Assembly: GCF_009914755.1 (NCBI RefSeq)
Contig: NC_060934.1
Length of the DNA: 64,000 bases
Direction: 5' to 3' (one strand)
From: the human T2T-CHM13v2.0 reference genome, Homo sapiens
Each line of letters opens with the position of its first letter. The stretch's first letter is position 1. Positions 1 through 11,400 of the stretch are shown piece by piece. The position numbers and the translations under genes were made by a program. The notes below the pieces were generated by a model. It was not told the DNA's origin. It did no database searches and saw only the letters and a list, made by a program, of their open reading frames with translations.

Positions 1-331
1 AAACGGGATTTCTTCATATAATGCTAGACAGAAGAATTCTCAGTCACTTCTTTGTGTTGTGTGTATTCAAGTCACAGAGTTGAACCTTCCTTTAGACAGA
101 GCAGTTTTGAAAAATTCTTTCTGTGTAATTTGCAAGTGGAGATTTCAAGCGATTTGAGGCTAATCTTTGAAATGGAAATATCTTCGTGTAAAAACTACAC
201 AGAATCATTCTCAGAAACTGCTTTGTCATCTGTGCGTTCAGTTCACAGAGTTTCACCTTTCTCTTCATAGAGCAGTTTGGAAAGACTCTGTCTGTAAAGT
301 CTGCAAGTGATTAGTTAGACCCCTTTGAGGC

Positions 332-348
332 CTTCGTTGGAAGCGGGA
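332..348 (+). promoter_or_regulatory. CENP-B box variant (AAGCGGG), once per HOR, predicted binding-competent
   Basis: CTTCGTTGGAAGCGGGA retains the core NTTCGNNNNANNCGGGN; the change is at a degenerate position. Confidence 0.9.
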
Positions 349-670
349 TTTCTCATTTACTGCTAGACAGAAGAATTCTCAGTAAATCCTTTGTGTTGTG
401 TGTATTCAACTCACAGAGTGGAACCTTCCTTTATTCAGAGCAGTTTTGAAACACTCTTTTTGTGGAATTTGCAAGTGGAGATTTCAAGCGATTTGACGCC
501 AATCTTAGACATGGAAATATCTTCATATTAAAAGTACACAGAGTCATTCGTAGAAACTAGTTTGTGATGTGTGCCTTCAACTCACAGAGTTTAACCTTTC
601 TTTTCATAGAGCAGTTGGGAAACACTCTATTTGTAAAGTCTGCAAGTGGATATTTGGACCTCTTTGAGGC

Positions 671-687
671 CTTCGTTGGAAACGGGA
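671..687 (+). promoter_or_regulatory. Canonical CENP-B box (representative; about 188 boxes in the window, one per dimer)
   Basis: CTTCGTTGGAAACGGGA is an exact match to the 17-bp CENP-B box. The count is derived from 4 per 8-mer, 3 per 6-mer, plus 2 in the terminal partial unit. Confidence 0.97.
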
Positions 688-1177
688 TTTCTTCATATAA
701 CGCTAGACAGAAGAATTCTCAGTAACTTCTTTGTGTTGTGTGTATTCAACTCACAGAGTTGAACCTTTCTTTAGAGGGAGCAGAGGTGAAACACTCTTTT
801 TGTGGAATTTGCTAGTGTAGATTTCAAACGCTTCGAAGACAGTGATAGAAAAGGATATATCTTCGTATTAAAAGTAGACAAAATCATTCTCAGAAAACTC
901 TTTGTGATGTGTGTGTTCAACTCACAGAGTTTAACCTTTCTTTAATCGAGCAGTTTGGAAATACACTCTTTGTAAGTCTGCAGGTGGATATTTGGCCCTC
1001 TTTGAGCCCTTCGTTGGAAACGGGATTTCCTCATATAATGCTAGACAGAAGAATTCTCAGTAACTTCTTTGTGTTGTTTGTATTCAACACACAGATTTGA
1101 ACCTTCCTTTAGAGAGAGCAGATTTGAAACACTCTGTTTTTGGAATTTGCAAGTGCAGATTTCAAGCGCTTCTAGGC

Positions 1178-1194
1178 CTATGGCAGAAAAGGAA
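1178..1194 (+). other. pJalpha-like (A-box) motif of an A-type monomer (representative)
   Basis: CTATGGCAGAAAAGGAA lies one monomer (171 bp) upstream of the CENP-B box at 1349 and resembles the pJalpha consensus CTAYGGTGRAAAAGGAA. The other A-type monomers are more diverged. Confidence 0.6.
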
Positions 1195-1390
1195 ATATCT
1201 TCGTATAAAAACTACACAGAATCATTCTCAACAACTACTTTGTGATGTGTGCGTTCAACTCACAGAGTTTAACCTTTCTTTTCATAGAGCAGTTTGGAAA
1301 CACTCTGTTTGTAAAGCCTGCAAGTGCTTTTTTGGACTTCATTGAGGCCTTCGTTGGAAACGGGATTTCTTCATATAATGCTAGACAGAA

Positions 1391-2409
1391 GAATTCTCAG
1401 TCACTTCTTTGTGTTGTGTGTATTCAAGTCACAGAGTTGAACCTTCCTTTAGACAGAGCAGTTTTGAAAAATTCTTTCTGTGGAGTTTGCAAGTGGAGAT
1501 TTCAAGCGATTTGAGGCTAATCTTTGAAATGGAAATATCTTCGTGTAAAAACTACACAGAATCATTCTCAGAAACTGCTTTGTCATCTGTGCGTTCAGTT
1601 CACAGAGTTTCACCTTTCTCTTCATAGAGCAGTTTGGAAAGACTCTGTCTGTAAAGTCTGCAAGTGATTAGTTAGACCCCTTTGAGGCCTTCGTTGGAAG
1701 CGGGATTTCTCATTTACTGCTAGACAGAAGAATTCTCAGTAAATCCTTTGTGTTGTGTGTATTCAACTCACAGAGTGGAACCTTCCTTTATTCAGAGCAG
1801 TTTTGAAAAACACTTTTTGTGGAATTTGCAAGTGGAGATTTCAAGCGATTTGACGCCAATCTTAGACATGGAAATATCTTCATATTAAAAGTACACAGAG
1901 TCATTCGTAGAAACTAGTTTGTGATGTGTGCCTTCAACTCACAGAGTTTAACCTTTCTTTTCATAGAGCAGTTTGGAAACACTCTATTTGTAAAGTCTGC
2001 AAGTGGATATTTGGACCTCTTTGAGGCCTTCGTTGGAAACGGGATTTCTTCATACAACGCTAGACAGAAGAATTCTCAGTAACTTCTTTGTGCTGTGTGT
2101 ATTCAACTCACAGAGTTGAACCTTTCTTTAGAGAGAGCAGAGTTGAAACACTCTGTTTTTGGAATTTGCAACTGCAGATTTCAACCGATTCTAGGCCTAT
2201 GGCAGAAAAGGAAATATCTTCGTATAAAAACTACACAGAATCATTCTCAACAACTACTTTGTGATGTGTGCGTTCAACTCACAGAGTTTAACCTTTCTTT
2301 TCATAGAGCAGTTTGGAAACACTCTGTTTGTAAAGCCTGCAAGTGCTTTTTTGGACTTCATTGAGGCCTTCGTTGGAAACGGGATTTCTTCATATAATGC
2401 TAGACAGAA
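1391..2409 (+). repeat. Representative 6-monomer HOR unit (1019 bp)
   Basis: Three dimers with CENP-B boxes at 1689, 2028 and 2368. It is 338 bp shorter than the 8-mer. Diagnostic sequences are AAAAACACTTTTT, CATACAACG, GAGAGAGCAGAGTTG and CAACTGCAG. 30 copies; 24x1357 - 16 + 30x1019 = 63122, which equals the span between the first and last anchors (52 and 63174). Confidence 0.95.
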
Positions 2410-5400
2410 GAATTCTCAGTCACTTCTTTGTGTTGTGTGTATTCAAGTCACAGAGTTGAACCTTCCTTTAGACAGAGCAGTTTTGAAAAATTCTTTCTGT
2501 GGAGTTTGCAGGTGGAGATTTCAAGCGATTTGAGGCTAATCTTTGAAATGGAAATATCTTCGTGTAAAAACTACACAGAATCATTCTCAGAAACTGCTTT
2601 GTCATCTGTGCGTTCAGTTCACAGAGTTTCACCTTTCTCTTCATAGAGCAGTTTGGAAAGACTCTGTCTGTAAAGTCTGCAAGTGATTAGTTAGACCCCT
2701 TTGAGGCCTTCGTTGGAAGCGGGATTTCTCATTTACTGCTAGACAGAAGAATTCTCAGTAAATCCTTTGTGTTGTGTGTATTCAACTCACAGAGTGGAAC
2801 CTTCCTTTATTCAGAGCAGTTTTGAAACACTCTTTTTGTGGAATTTGCAAGTGGAGATTTCAAGCGATTTGACGCCAATCTTAGACATGGAAATATCTTC
2901 ATATTAAAAGTACACAGAGTCATTCGTAGAAACTAGTTTGTGATGTGTGCCTTCAACTCACAGAGTTTAACCTTTCTTTTCATAGAGCAGTTGGGAAACA
3001 CTCTATTTGTAAAGTCTGCAAGTGGATATTTGGACCTCTTTGAGGCCTTCGTTGGAAACGGGATTTCTTCATATAACGCTAGACAGAAGAATTCTCAGTA
3101 ACTTCTTTGTGTTGTGTGTATTCAACTCACAGAGTTGAACCTTTCTTTAGAGGGAGCAGAGGTGAAACACTCTTTTTGTGGAATTTGCTAGTGTAGATTT
3201 CAAACGCTTCGAAGACAGTGATAGAAAAGGATATATCTTCGTATTAAAAGTAGACAAAATCATTCTCAGAAAACTCTTTGTGATGTGTGTGTTCAACTCA
3301 CAGAGTTTAACCTTTCTTTAATCGAGCAGTTTGGAAATACACTCTTTGTAAGTCTGCAGGTGGATATTTGGCCCTCTTTGAGCCCTTCGTTGGAAACGGG
3401 ATTTCCTCATATAATGCTAGACAGAAGAATTCTCAGTAACTTCTTTGTGTTGTTTGTATTCAACACACAGATTTGAACCTTCCTTTAGAGAGAGCAGATT
3501 TGAAACACTCTGTTTTTGGAATTTGCAAGTGCAGATTTCAAGCGCTTCTAGGCCTATGGCAGAAAAGGAAATATCTTCGTATAAAAACTACACAGAATCA
3601 TTCTCAACAACTACTTTGTGATGTGTGCGTTCAACTCACAGAGTTTAACCTTTCTTTTCATAGAGCAGTTTGGAAACACTCTGTTTGTAAAGCCTGCAAG
3701 TGCTTTTTTGGACTTCATTGAGGCCTTCGTTGGAAACGGGATTTCTTCATATAATGCTAGACAGAAGAATTCTCAGTCACTTGTTTGTGTTGTGTGTATT
3801 CAAGTCACAGAGTTGAACCTTCCTTTAGACAGAGCAGTTTTGAAAAATTCTTTCTGTGGAGTTTGCAAGTGGAGATTTCAAGCGATTTGAGGCTAATCTT
3901 TGAAATGGAAATATCTTCGTGTAAAAACTACACAGAATCATTCTCAGAAACTGCTTTGTCATCTGTGCGTTCAGTTCACAGAGTTTCACCTTTCTCTTCA
4001 TAGAGCAGTTTGGAAAGACTCTGTCTGTAAAGTCTGCAAGTGATTAGTTAGACCCCTTTGAGGCCTTCGTTGGAAGCGGGATTTCTCATTTACTGCTAGA
4101 CAGAAGAATTCTCAGTAAATCCTTTGTGTTGTGTGTATTCAACTCACAGAGTGGAACCTTCCTTTATTCAGAGCAGTTTTGAAAAACACTTTTTGTGGAA
4201 TTTGCAAGTGGAGATTTCAAGCGATTTGACGCCAATCTTAGACATGGAAATATCTTCATATTAAAAGTACACAGAGTCATTCGTAGAAACTAGTTTGTGA
4301 TGTGTGCCTTCAACTCACAGAGTTTAACCTTTCTTTTCATAGAGCAGTTGGGAAACACTCTATTTGTAAAGTCTGCAAGTGGATATTTGGACCTCTTTGA
4401 GGCCTTCGTTGGAAACGGGATTTCTTCATACAACGCTAGACAGAAGAATTCTCAGTAACTTCTTTGTGTTGTGTGTATTCAACTCACAGAGTTGAACCTT
4501 TCTTTAGAGAGAGCAGAGTTGAAACACTCTGTTTTTGGAATTTGCAACTGCAGATTTCAAGCGATTCTAGGCCTATGGCAGAAAAGGAAATATCTTCGTA
4601 TAAAAACTACACAGAATCATTCTCAACAACTACTTTGTGATGTGTGCGTTCAACTCACAGAGTTTAACCTTTCTTTTCATAGAGCAGTTTGGAAACACTC
4701 TGTTTGTAAAGCCTGCAAGTGCTTTTTTGGACTTCATTGAGGCCTTCGTTGGAAACGGGATTTCTTCATATAATGCTAGACAGAAGAATTCTCAGTCACT
4801 TCTTTGTGTTGTGTGTATTCAAGTCACAGAGTTGAACCTTCCTTTAGACAGAGCAGTTTTGAAAAATTCTTTCTGTGTAATTTGCAAGTGGAGATTTCAA
4901 GCGATTTGAGGCTAATCTTTGAAATGGAAATATCTTCGTGTAAAAACTACACAGAATCATTCTCAGAAACTGCTTTGTCATCTGTGCGTTCAGTTCACAG
5001 AGTTTCACCTTTCTCTTCATAGAGCAGTTTGGAAAGACTCTGTCTGTAAAGTCTGCAAGTGATTAGTTAGACCCCTTTGAGGCCTTCGTTGGAAGCGGGA
5101 TTTCTCATTTACTGCTAGACAGAAGAATTCTCAGTAAATCCTTTGTGTTGTGTGTATTCAACTCACAGAGTGGAACCTTCCTTTATTCAGAGCAGTTTTG
5201 AAACACTCTTTTTGTGGAATTTGCAAGTGGAGATTTCAAGCGATTTGACGCCAATCTTAGACATGGAAATATCTTCATATTAAAAGTACACAGAGTCATT
5301 CGTAGAAACTAGTTTGTGATGTGTGCCTTCAACTCACAGAGTTTAACCTTTCTTTTCATAGAGCAGTTGGGAAACACTCTATTTGTAAAGTCTGCAAGTG

Positions 5401-8400
5401 GATATTTGGACCTCTTTGAGGCCTTCGTTGGAAACGGGATTTCTTCATATAACGCTAGACAGAAGAATTCTCAGTAACTTCTTTGTGTTGTGTGTATTCA
5501 ACTCACAGAGTTGAACCTTTCTTTAGAGGGAGCAGAGGTGAAACACTCTTTTTGTGGAATTTGCTAGTGCAGATTTCAAACGCTTCGAAGACAGTGATAG
5601 AAAAGGATATATCTTCGTATTAAAAGTAGACAAAATCATTCTCAGAAAACTCTTTGTGATGTGTGTGTTCAACTCACAGAGTTTAACCTTTCTTTAATCG
5701 AGCAGTTTGGAAATACACTCTTTGTAAGTCTGCAGGTGGATATTTGGCCCTCTTTGAGCCCTTCGTTGGAAACGGGATTTCCTCATATAATGCTAGACAG
5801 AAGAATTCTCAGTAACTTCTTTGTGTTGTTTGTATTCAACACACAGATTTGAACCTTCCTTTAGAGAGAGCAGATTTGAAACACTCTGTTTTTGGAATTT
5901 GCAAGTGCAGATTTCAAGCGCTTCTAGGCCTATGGCAGAAAAGGAAATATCTTCGTATAAAAACTACACAGAATCATTCTCAACAGCTACTTTGTGATGT
6001 GTGCGTTCAACTCACAGAGTTTAACCTTTCTTTTCATAGAGCAGTTTGGAAACACTCTGTTTGTAAAGCCTGCAAGTGCTTTTTTGGACTTCATTGAGGC
6101 CTTCGTTGGAAACGGGATTTCTTCATATAATGCTAGACAGAAGAATTCTCAGTCACTTCTTTGTGTTGTGTGTATTCAAGTCACAGAGTTGAACCTTCCT
6201 TTAGACAGAGCAGTTTTGAAAAATTCTTTCTGTGGAGTTTGCAAGTGGAGATTTCAAGCGATTTGAGGCTAATCTTTGAAATGGAAATATCTTCGTGTAA
6301 AAACTACACAGAATCATTCTCAGAAACTGCTTTGTCATCTGTGCGTTCAGTCCACAGAGTTTCACCTTTCTCTTCATAGAGCAGTTTGGAAAGACTCTGT
6401 CTGTAAAGTCTGCAAGTGATTAGTTAGACCCCTTTGAGGCCTTCGTTGGAAGCGGGATTTCTCATTTACTGCTAGACAGAAGAATTCTCAGTAAATCCTT
6501 TGTGTTGTGTGTATTCAACTCACAGAGTGGAACCTTCCTTTATTCAGAGCAGTTTTGAAAAACACTTTTTGTGGAATTTGCAAGTGGAGATTTCAAGCGA
6601 TTTGACGCCAATCTTAGACATGGAAATATCTTCATATTAAAAGTACACAGAGTCATTCGTAGAAACTAGTTTGTGATGTGTGCCTTCAACTCACAGAGTT
6701 TAACCTTTCTTTTCATAGAGCAGTTGGGAAACACTCTATTTGTAAAGTCTGCAAGTGGATATTTGGACCTCTTTGAGGCCTTCGTTGGAAACGGGATTTC
6801 TTCATACAACGCTAGACAGAAGAATTCTCAGTAACTTCTTTGTGTTGTGTGTATTCAACTCACAGAGTTGAACCTTTCTTTAGAGAGAGCAGAGTTGAAA
6901 CACTCTGTTTTTGGAATTTGCAACTGCAGATTTCAAGCGATTCTAGGCCTATGGCAGAAAAGGAAATATCTTCGTATAAAAACTACACAGAATCATTCTC
7001 AACAACTACTTTGTGATGTGTGCGTTCAACTCACAGAGTTTAACCTTTCTTTTCATAGAGCAGTTTGGAAACACTCTGTTTGTAAAGCCTGCAAGTGCTT
7101 TTTTGGACTTCATTGAGGCCTTCGTTGGAAACGGGATTTCTTCATATAATGCTAGACAGAAGAATTCTCAGTCACTTCTTTGTGTTGTGTGTATTCAAGT
7201 CACAGAGTTGAACCTTCCTTTAGACAGAGCAGTTTTGAAAAATTCTTTCTGTGTAATTTGCAAGTGGAGATTTCAAGCGATTTGAGGCTAATCTTTGAAA
7301 TGGAAATATCTTCGTGTAAAAACTACACAGAATCATTCTCAGAAACTGCTTTGTCATCTGTGCGTTCAGTTCACAGAGTTTCACCTTTCTCTTCATAGAG
7401 CAGTTTGGAAAGACTCTGTCTGTAAAGTCTGCAAGTGATTAGTTAGACCCCTTTGAGGCCTTCGTTGGAAGCGGGATTTCTCATTTACTGCTAGACAGAA
7501 GAATTCTCAGTAAATCCTTTGTGTTGTGTGTATTCAACTCACAGAGTGGAACCTTCCTTTATTCAGAGCAGTTTTGAAACACTCTTTTTGTGGAATTTGC
7601 AAGTGGAGATTTCAAGCGATTTGACGCCAATCTTAGACATGGAAATATCTTCATATTAAAAGTACACAGAGTCATTCGTAGAAACTAGTTTGTGATGTGT
7701 GCCTTCAACTCACAGAGTTTAACCTTTCTTTTCATAGAGCAGTTGGGAAACACTCTATTTGTAAAGTCTGCAAGTGGATATTTGGACCTCTTTGAGGCCT
7801 TCGTTGGAAACGGGATTTCTTCATATAACGCTAGACAGAAGAATTCTCAGTAACTTCTTTGTGTTGTGTGTATTCAACTCACAGAGTTGAACCTTTCTTT
7901 AGAGGGAGCAGAGGTGAAACACTCTTTTTGTGGAATTTGCTAGTGCAGATTTCAAACGCTTCGAAGACAGTGATAGAAAAGGATATATCTTCGTATTAAA
8001 AGTAGACAAAATCATTCTCAGAAAACTCTTTGTGATGTGTGTGTTCAACTCACAGAGTTTAACCTTTCTTTAATCGAGCAGTTTGGAAATACACTCTTTG
8101 TAAGTCTGCAGGTGGATATTTGGCCCTCTTTGAGCCCTTCGTTGGAAACGGGATTTCCTCATATAATGCTAGACAGAAGAATTCTCAGTAACTTCTTTGT
8201 GTTGTTTGTATTCAACACACAGATTTGAACCTTCCTTTAGAGAGAGCAGATTTGAAACACTCTGTTTTTGGAATTTGCAAGTGCAGATTTCAAGCGCTTC
8301 TAGGCCTATGGCAGAAAAGGAAATATCTTCGTATAAAAACTACACAGAATCATTCTCAACAGCTACTTTGTGATGTGTGCGTTCAACTCACAGAGTTTAA

Positions 8401-11400
8401 CCTTTCTTTTCATAGAGCAGTTTGGAAACACTCTGTTTGTAAAGCCTGCAAGTGCTTTTTTGGACTTCATTGAGGCCTTCGTTGGAAACGGGATTTCTTC
8501 ATATAATGCTAGACAGAAGAATTCTCAGTCACTTCTTTGTGTTGTGTGTATTCAAGTCACAGAGTTGAACCTTCCTTTAGACAGAGCAGTTTTGAAAAAT
8601 TCTTTCTGTGGAGTTTGCAAGTGGAGATTTCAAGCGATTTGAGGCTAATCTTTGAAATGGAAATATCTTCGTGTAAAAACTACACAGAATCATTCTCAGA
8701 AACTGCTTTGTCATCTGTGCGTTCAGTCCACAGAGTTTCACCTTTCTCTTCATAGAGCAGTTTGGAAAGACTCTGTCTGTAAAGTCTGCAAGTGATTAGT
8801 TAGACCCCTTTGAGGCCTTCGTTGGAAGCGGGATTTCTCATTTACTGCTAGACAGAAGAATTCTCAGTAAATCCTTTGTGTTGTGTGTATTCAACTCACA
8901 GAGTGGAACCTTCCTTTATTCAGAGCAGTTTTGAAAAACACTTTTTGTGGAATTTGCAAGTGGAGATTTCAAGCGATTTGACGCCAATCTTAGACATGGA
9001 AATATCTTCATATTAAAAGTACACAGAGTCATTCGTAGAAACTAGTTTGTGATGTGTGCCTTCAACTCACAGAGTTTAACCTTTCTTTTCATAGAGCAGT
9101 TGGGAAACACTCTATTTGTAAAGTCTGCAAGTGGATATTTGGACCTCTTTGAGGCCTTCGTTGGAAACGGGATTTCTTCATACAACGCTAGACAGAAGAA
9201 TTCTCAGTAACTTCTTTGTGTTGTGTGTATTCAACTCACAGAGTTGAACCTTTCTTTAGAGAGAGCAGAGTTGAAACACTCTGTTTTTGGAATTTGCAAC
9301 TGCAGATTTCAAGCGATTCTAGGCCTATGGCAGAAAAGGAAATATCTTCGTATAAAAACTACACAGAATCATTCTCAACAACTACTTTGTGATGTGTGCG
9401 TTCAACTCACAGAGTTTAACCTTTCTTTTCATAGAGCAGTTTGGAAACACTCTGTTTGTAAAGCCTGCAAGTGCTTTTTTGGACTTCATTGAGGCCTTCG
9501 TTGGAAACGGGATTTCTTCATATAATGCTAGACAGAAGAATTCTCAGTCACTTCTTTGTGTTGTGTGTATTCAAGTCACAGAGTTGAACCTTCCTTTAGA
9601 CAGAGCAGTTTTGAAAAATTCTTTCTGTGTAATTTGCAAGTGGAGATTTCAAGCGATTTGAGGCTAATCTTTGAAATGGAAATATCTTCGTGTAAAAACT
9701 ACACAGAATCATTCTCAGAAACTGCTTTGTCATCTGTGCGTTCAGTTCACAGAGTTTCACCTTTCTCTTCATAGAGCAGTTTGGAAAGACTCTGTCTGTA
9801 AAGTCTGCAAGTGATTAGTTAGACCCCTTTGAGGCCTTCGTTGGAAGCGGGATTTCTCATTTACTGCTAGACAGAAGAATTCTCAGTAAATCCTTTGTGT
9901 TGTGTGTATTCAACTCACAGAGTGGAACCTTCCTTTATTCAGAGCAGTTTTGAAACACTCTTTTTGTGGAATTTGCAAGTGGAGATTTCAAGCGATTTGA
10001 CGCCAATCTTAGACATGGAAATATCTTCATATTAAAAGTACACAGAGTCATTCGTAGAAACTAGTTTGTGATGTGTGCCTTCAACTCACAGAGTTTAACC
10101 TTTCTTTTCATAGAGCAGTTGGGAAACACTCTATTTGTAAAGTCTGCAAGTGGATATTTGGACCTCTTTGAGGCCTTCGTTGGAAACGGGATTTCTTCAT
10201 ATAACGCTAGACAGAAGAATTCTCAGTAACTTCTTTGTGTTGTGTGTATTCAACTCACAGAGTTGAACCTTTCTTTAGAGGGAGCAGAGGTGAAACACTC
10301 TTTTTGTGGAATTTGCTAGTGCAGATTTCAAACGCTTCGAAGACAGTGATAGAAAAGGATATATCTTCGTATTAAAAGTAGACAAAATCATTCTCAGAAA
10401 ACTCTTTGTGATGTGTGTGTTCAACTCACAGAGTTTAACCTTTCTTTAATCGAGCAGTTTGGAAATACACTCTTTGTAAGTCTGCAGGTGGATATTTGGC
10501 CCTCTTTGAGCCCTTCGTTGGAAACGGGATTTCCTCATATAATGCTAGACAGAAGAATTCTCAGTAACTTCTTTGTGTTGTTTGTATTCAACACACAGAT
10601 TTGAACCTTCCTTTAGAGAGAGCAGATTTGAAACACTCTGTTTTTGGAATTTGCAAGTGCAGATTTCAAGCGCTTCTAGGCCTATGGCAGAAAAGGAAAT
10701 ATCTTCGTATAAAAACTACACAGAATCATTCTCAACAGCTACTTTGTGATGTGTGCGTTCAACTCACAGAGTTTAACCTTTCTTTTCATAGAGCAGTTTG
10801 GAAACACTCTGTTTGTAAAGCCTGCAAGTGCTTTTTTGGACTTCATTGAGGCCTTCGTTGGAAACGGGATTTCTTCATATAATGCTAGACAGAAGAATTC
10901 TCAGTCACTTCTTTGTGTTGTGTGTATTCAAGTCACAGAGTTGAACCTTCCTTTAGACAGAGCAGTTTTGAAAAATTCTTTCTGTGGAGTTTGCAAGTGG
11001 AGATTTCAAGCGATTTGAGGCTAATCTTTGAAATGGAAATATCTTCGTGTAAAAACTACACAGAATCATTCTCAGAAACTGCTTTGTCATCTGTGCGTTC
11101 AGTCCACAGAGTTTCACCTTTCTCTTCATAGAGCAGTTTGGAAAGACTCTGTCTGTAAAGTCTGCAAGTGATTAGTTAGACCCCTTTGAGGCCTTCGTTG
11201 GAAGCGGGATTTCTCATTTACTGCTAGACAGAAGAATTCTCAGTAAATCCTTTGTGTTGTGTGTATTCAACTCACAGAGTGGAACCTTCCTTTATTCAGA
11301 GCAGTTTTGAAAAACACTTTTTGTGGAATTTGCAAGTGGAGATTTCAAGCGATTTGACGCCAATCTTAGACATGGAAATATCTTCATATTAAAAGTACAC

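Larger units (their letters stand above)
34..1390 (+). repeat. Representative 8-monomer HOR unit (1357 bp), phased from an EcoRI site
   Basis: Four dimers with CENP-B boxes at 332, 671, 1009 and 1349. Contains 8-mer-specific sequence (GAGGGAGCAGAGGTG, CGCTTCGAAGACAGTGATAG, TTTAATCGAG, GAGCCCTTCG). 24 complete copies in the window. Confidence 0.95.

Noticed and set aside
325-840. Short palindromes (AGGCCT, GAATTC, ACTAGT, CTTCGAAG) as cruciform or terminator elements
   Set aside because: They are only 6-8 bp, expected by chance and propagated with the repeat. I saw no long dyad symmetry.
34-1390. Assignment to other SF1 arrays (D12Z3 8-mer; D7Z1 or D1Z7/D5Z2/D19Z3 6-mers)
   Set aside because: Co-occurring RsaI-defined 8-mer and 6-mer units fit D10Z1 better as I recall it. 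The alternatives are not formally excluded; a HumAS-HMMER or BLAST search against T2T-CHM13 would decide.
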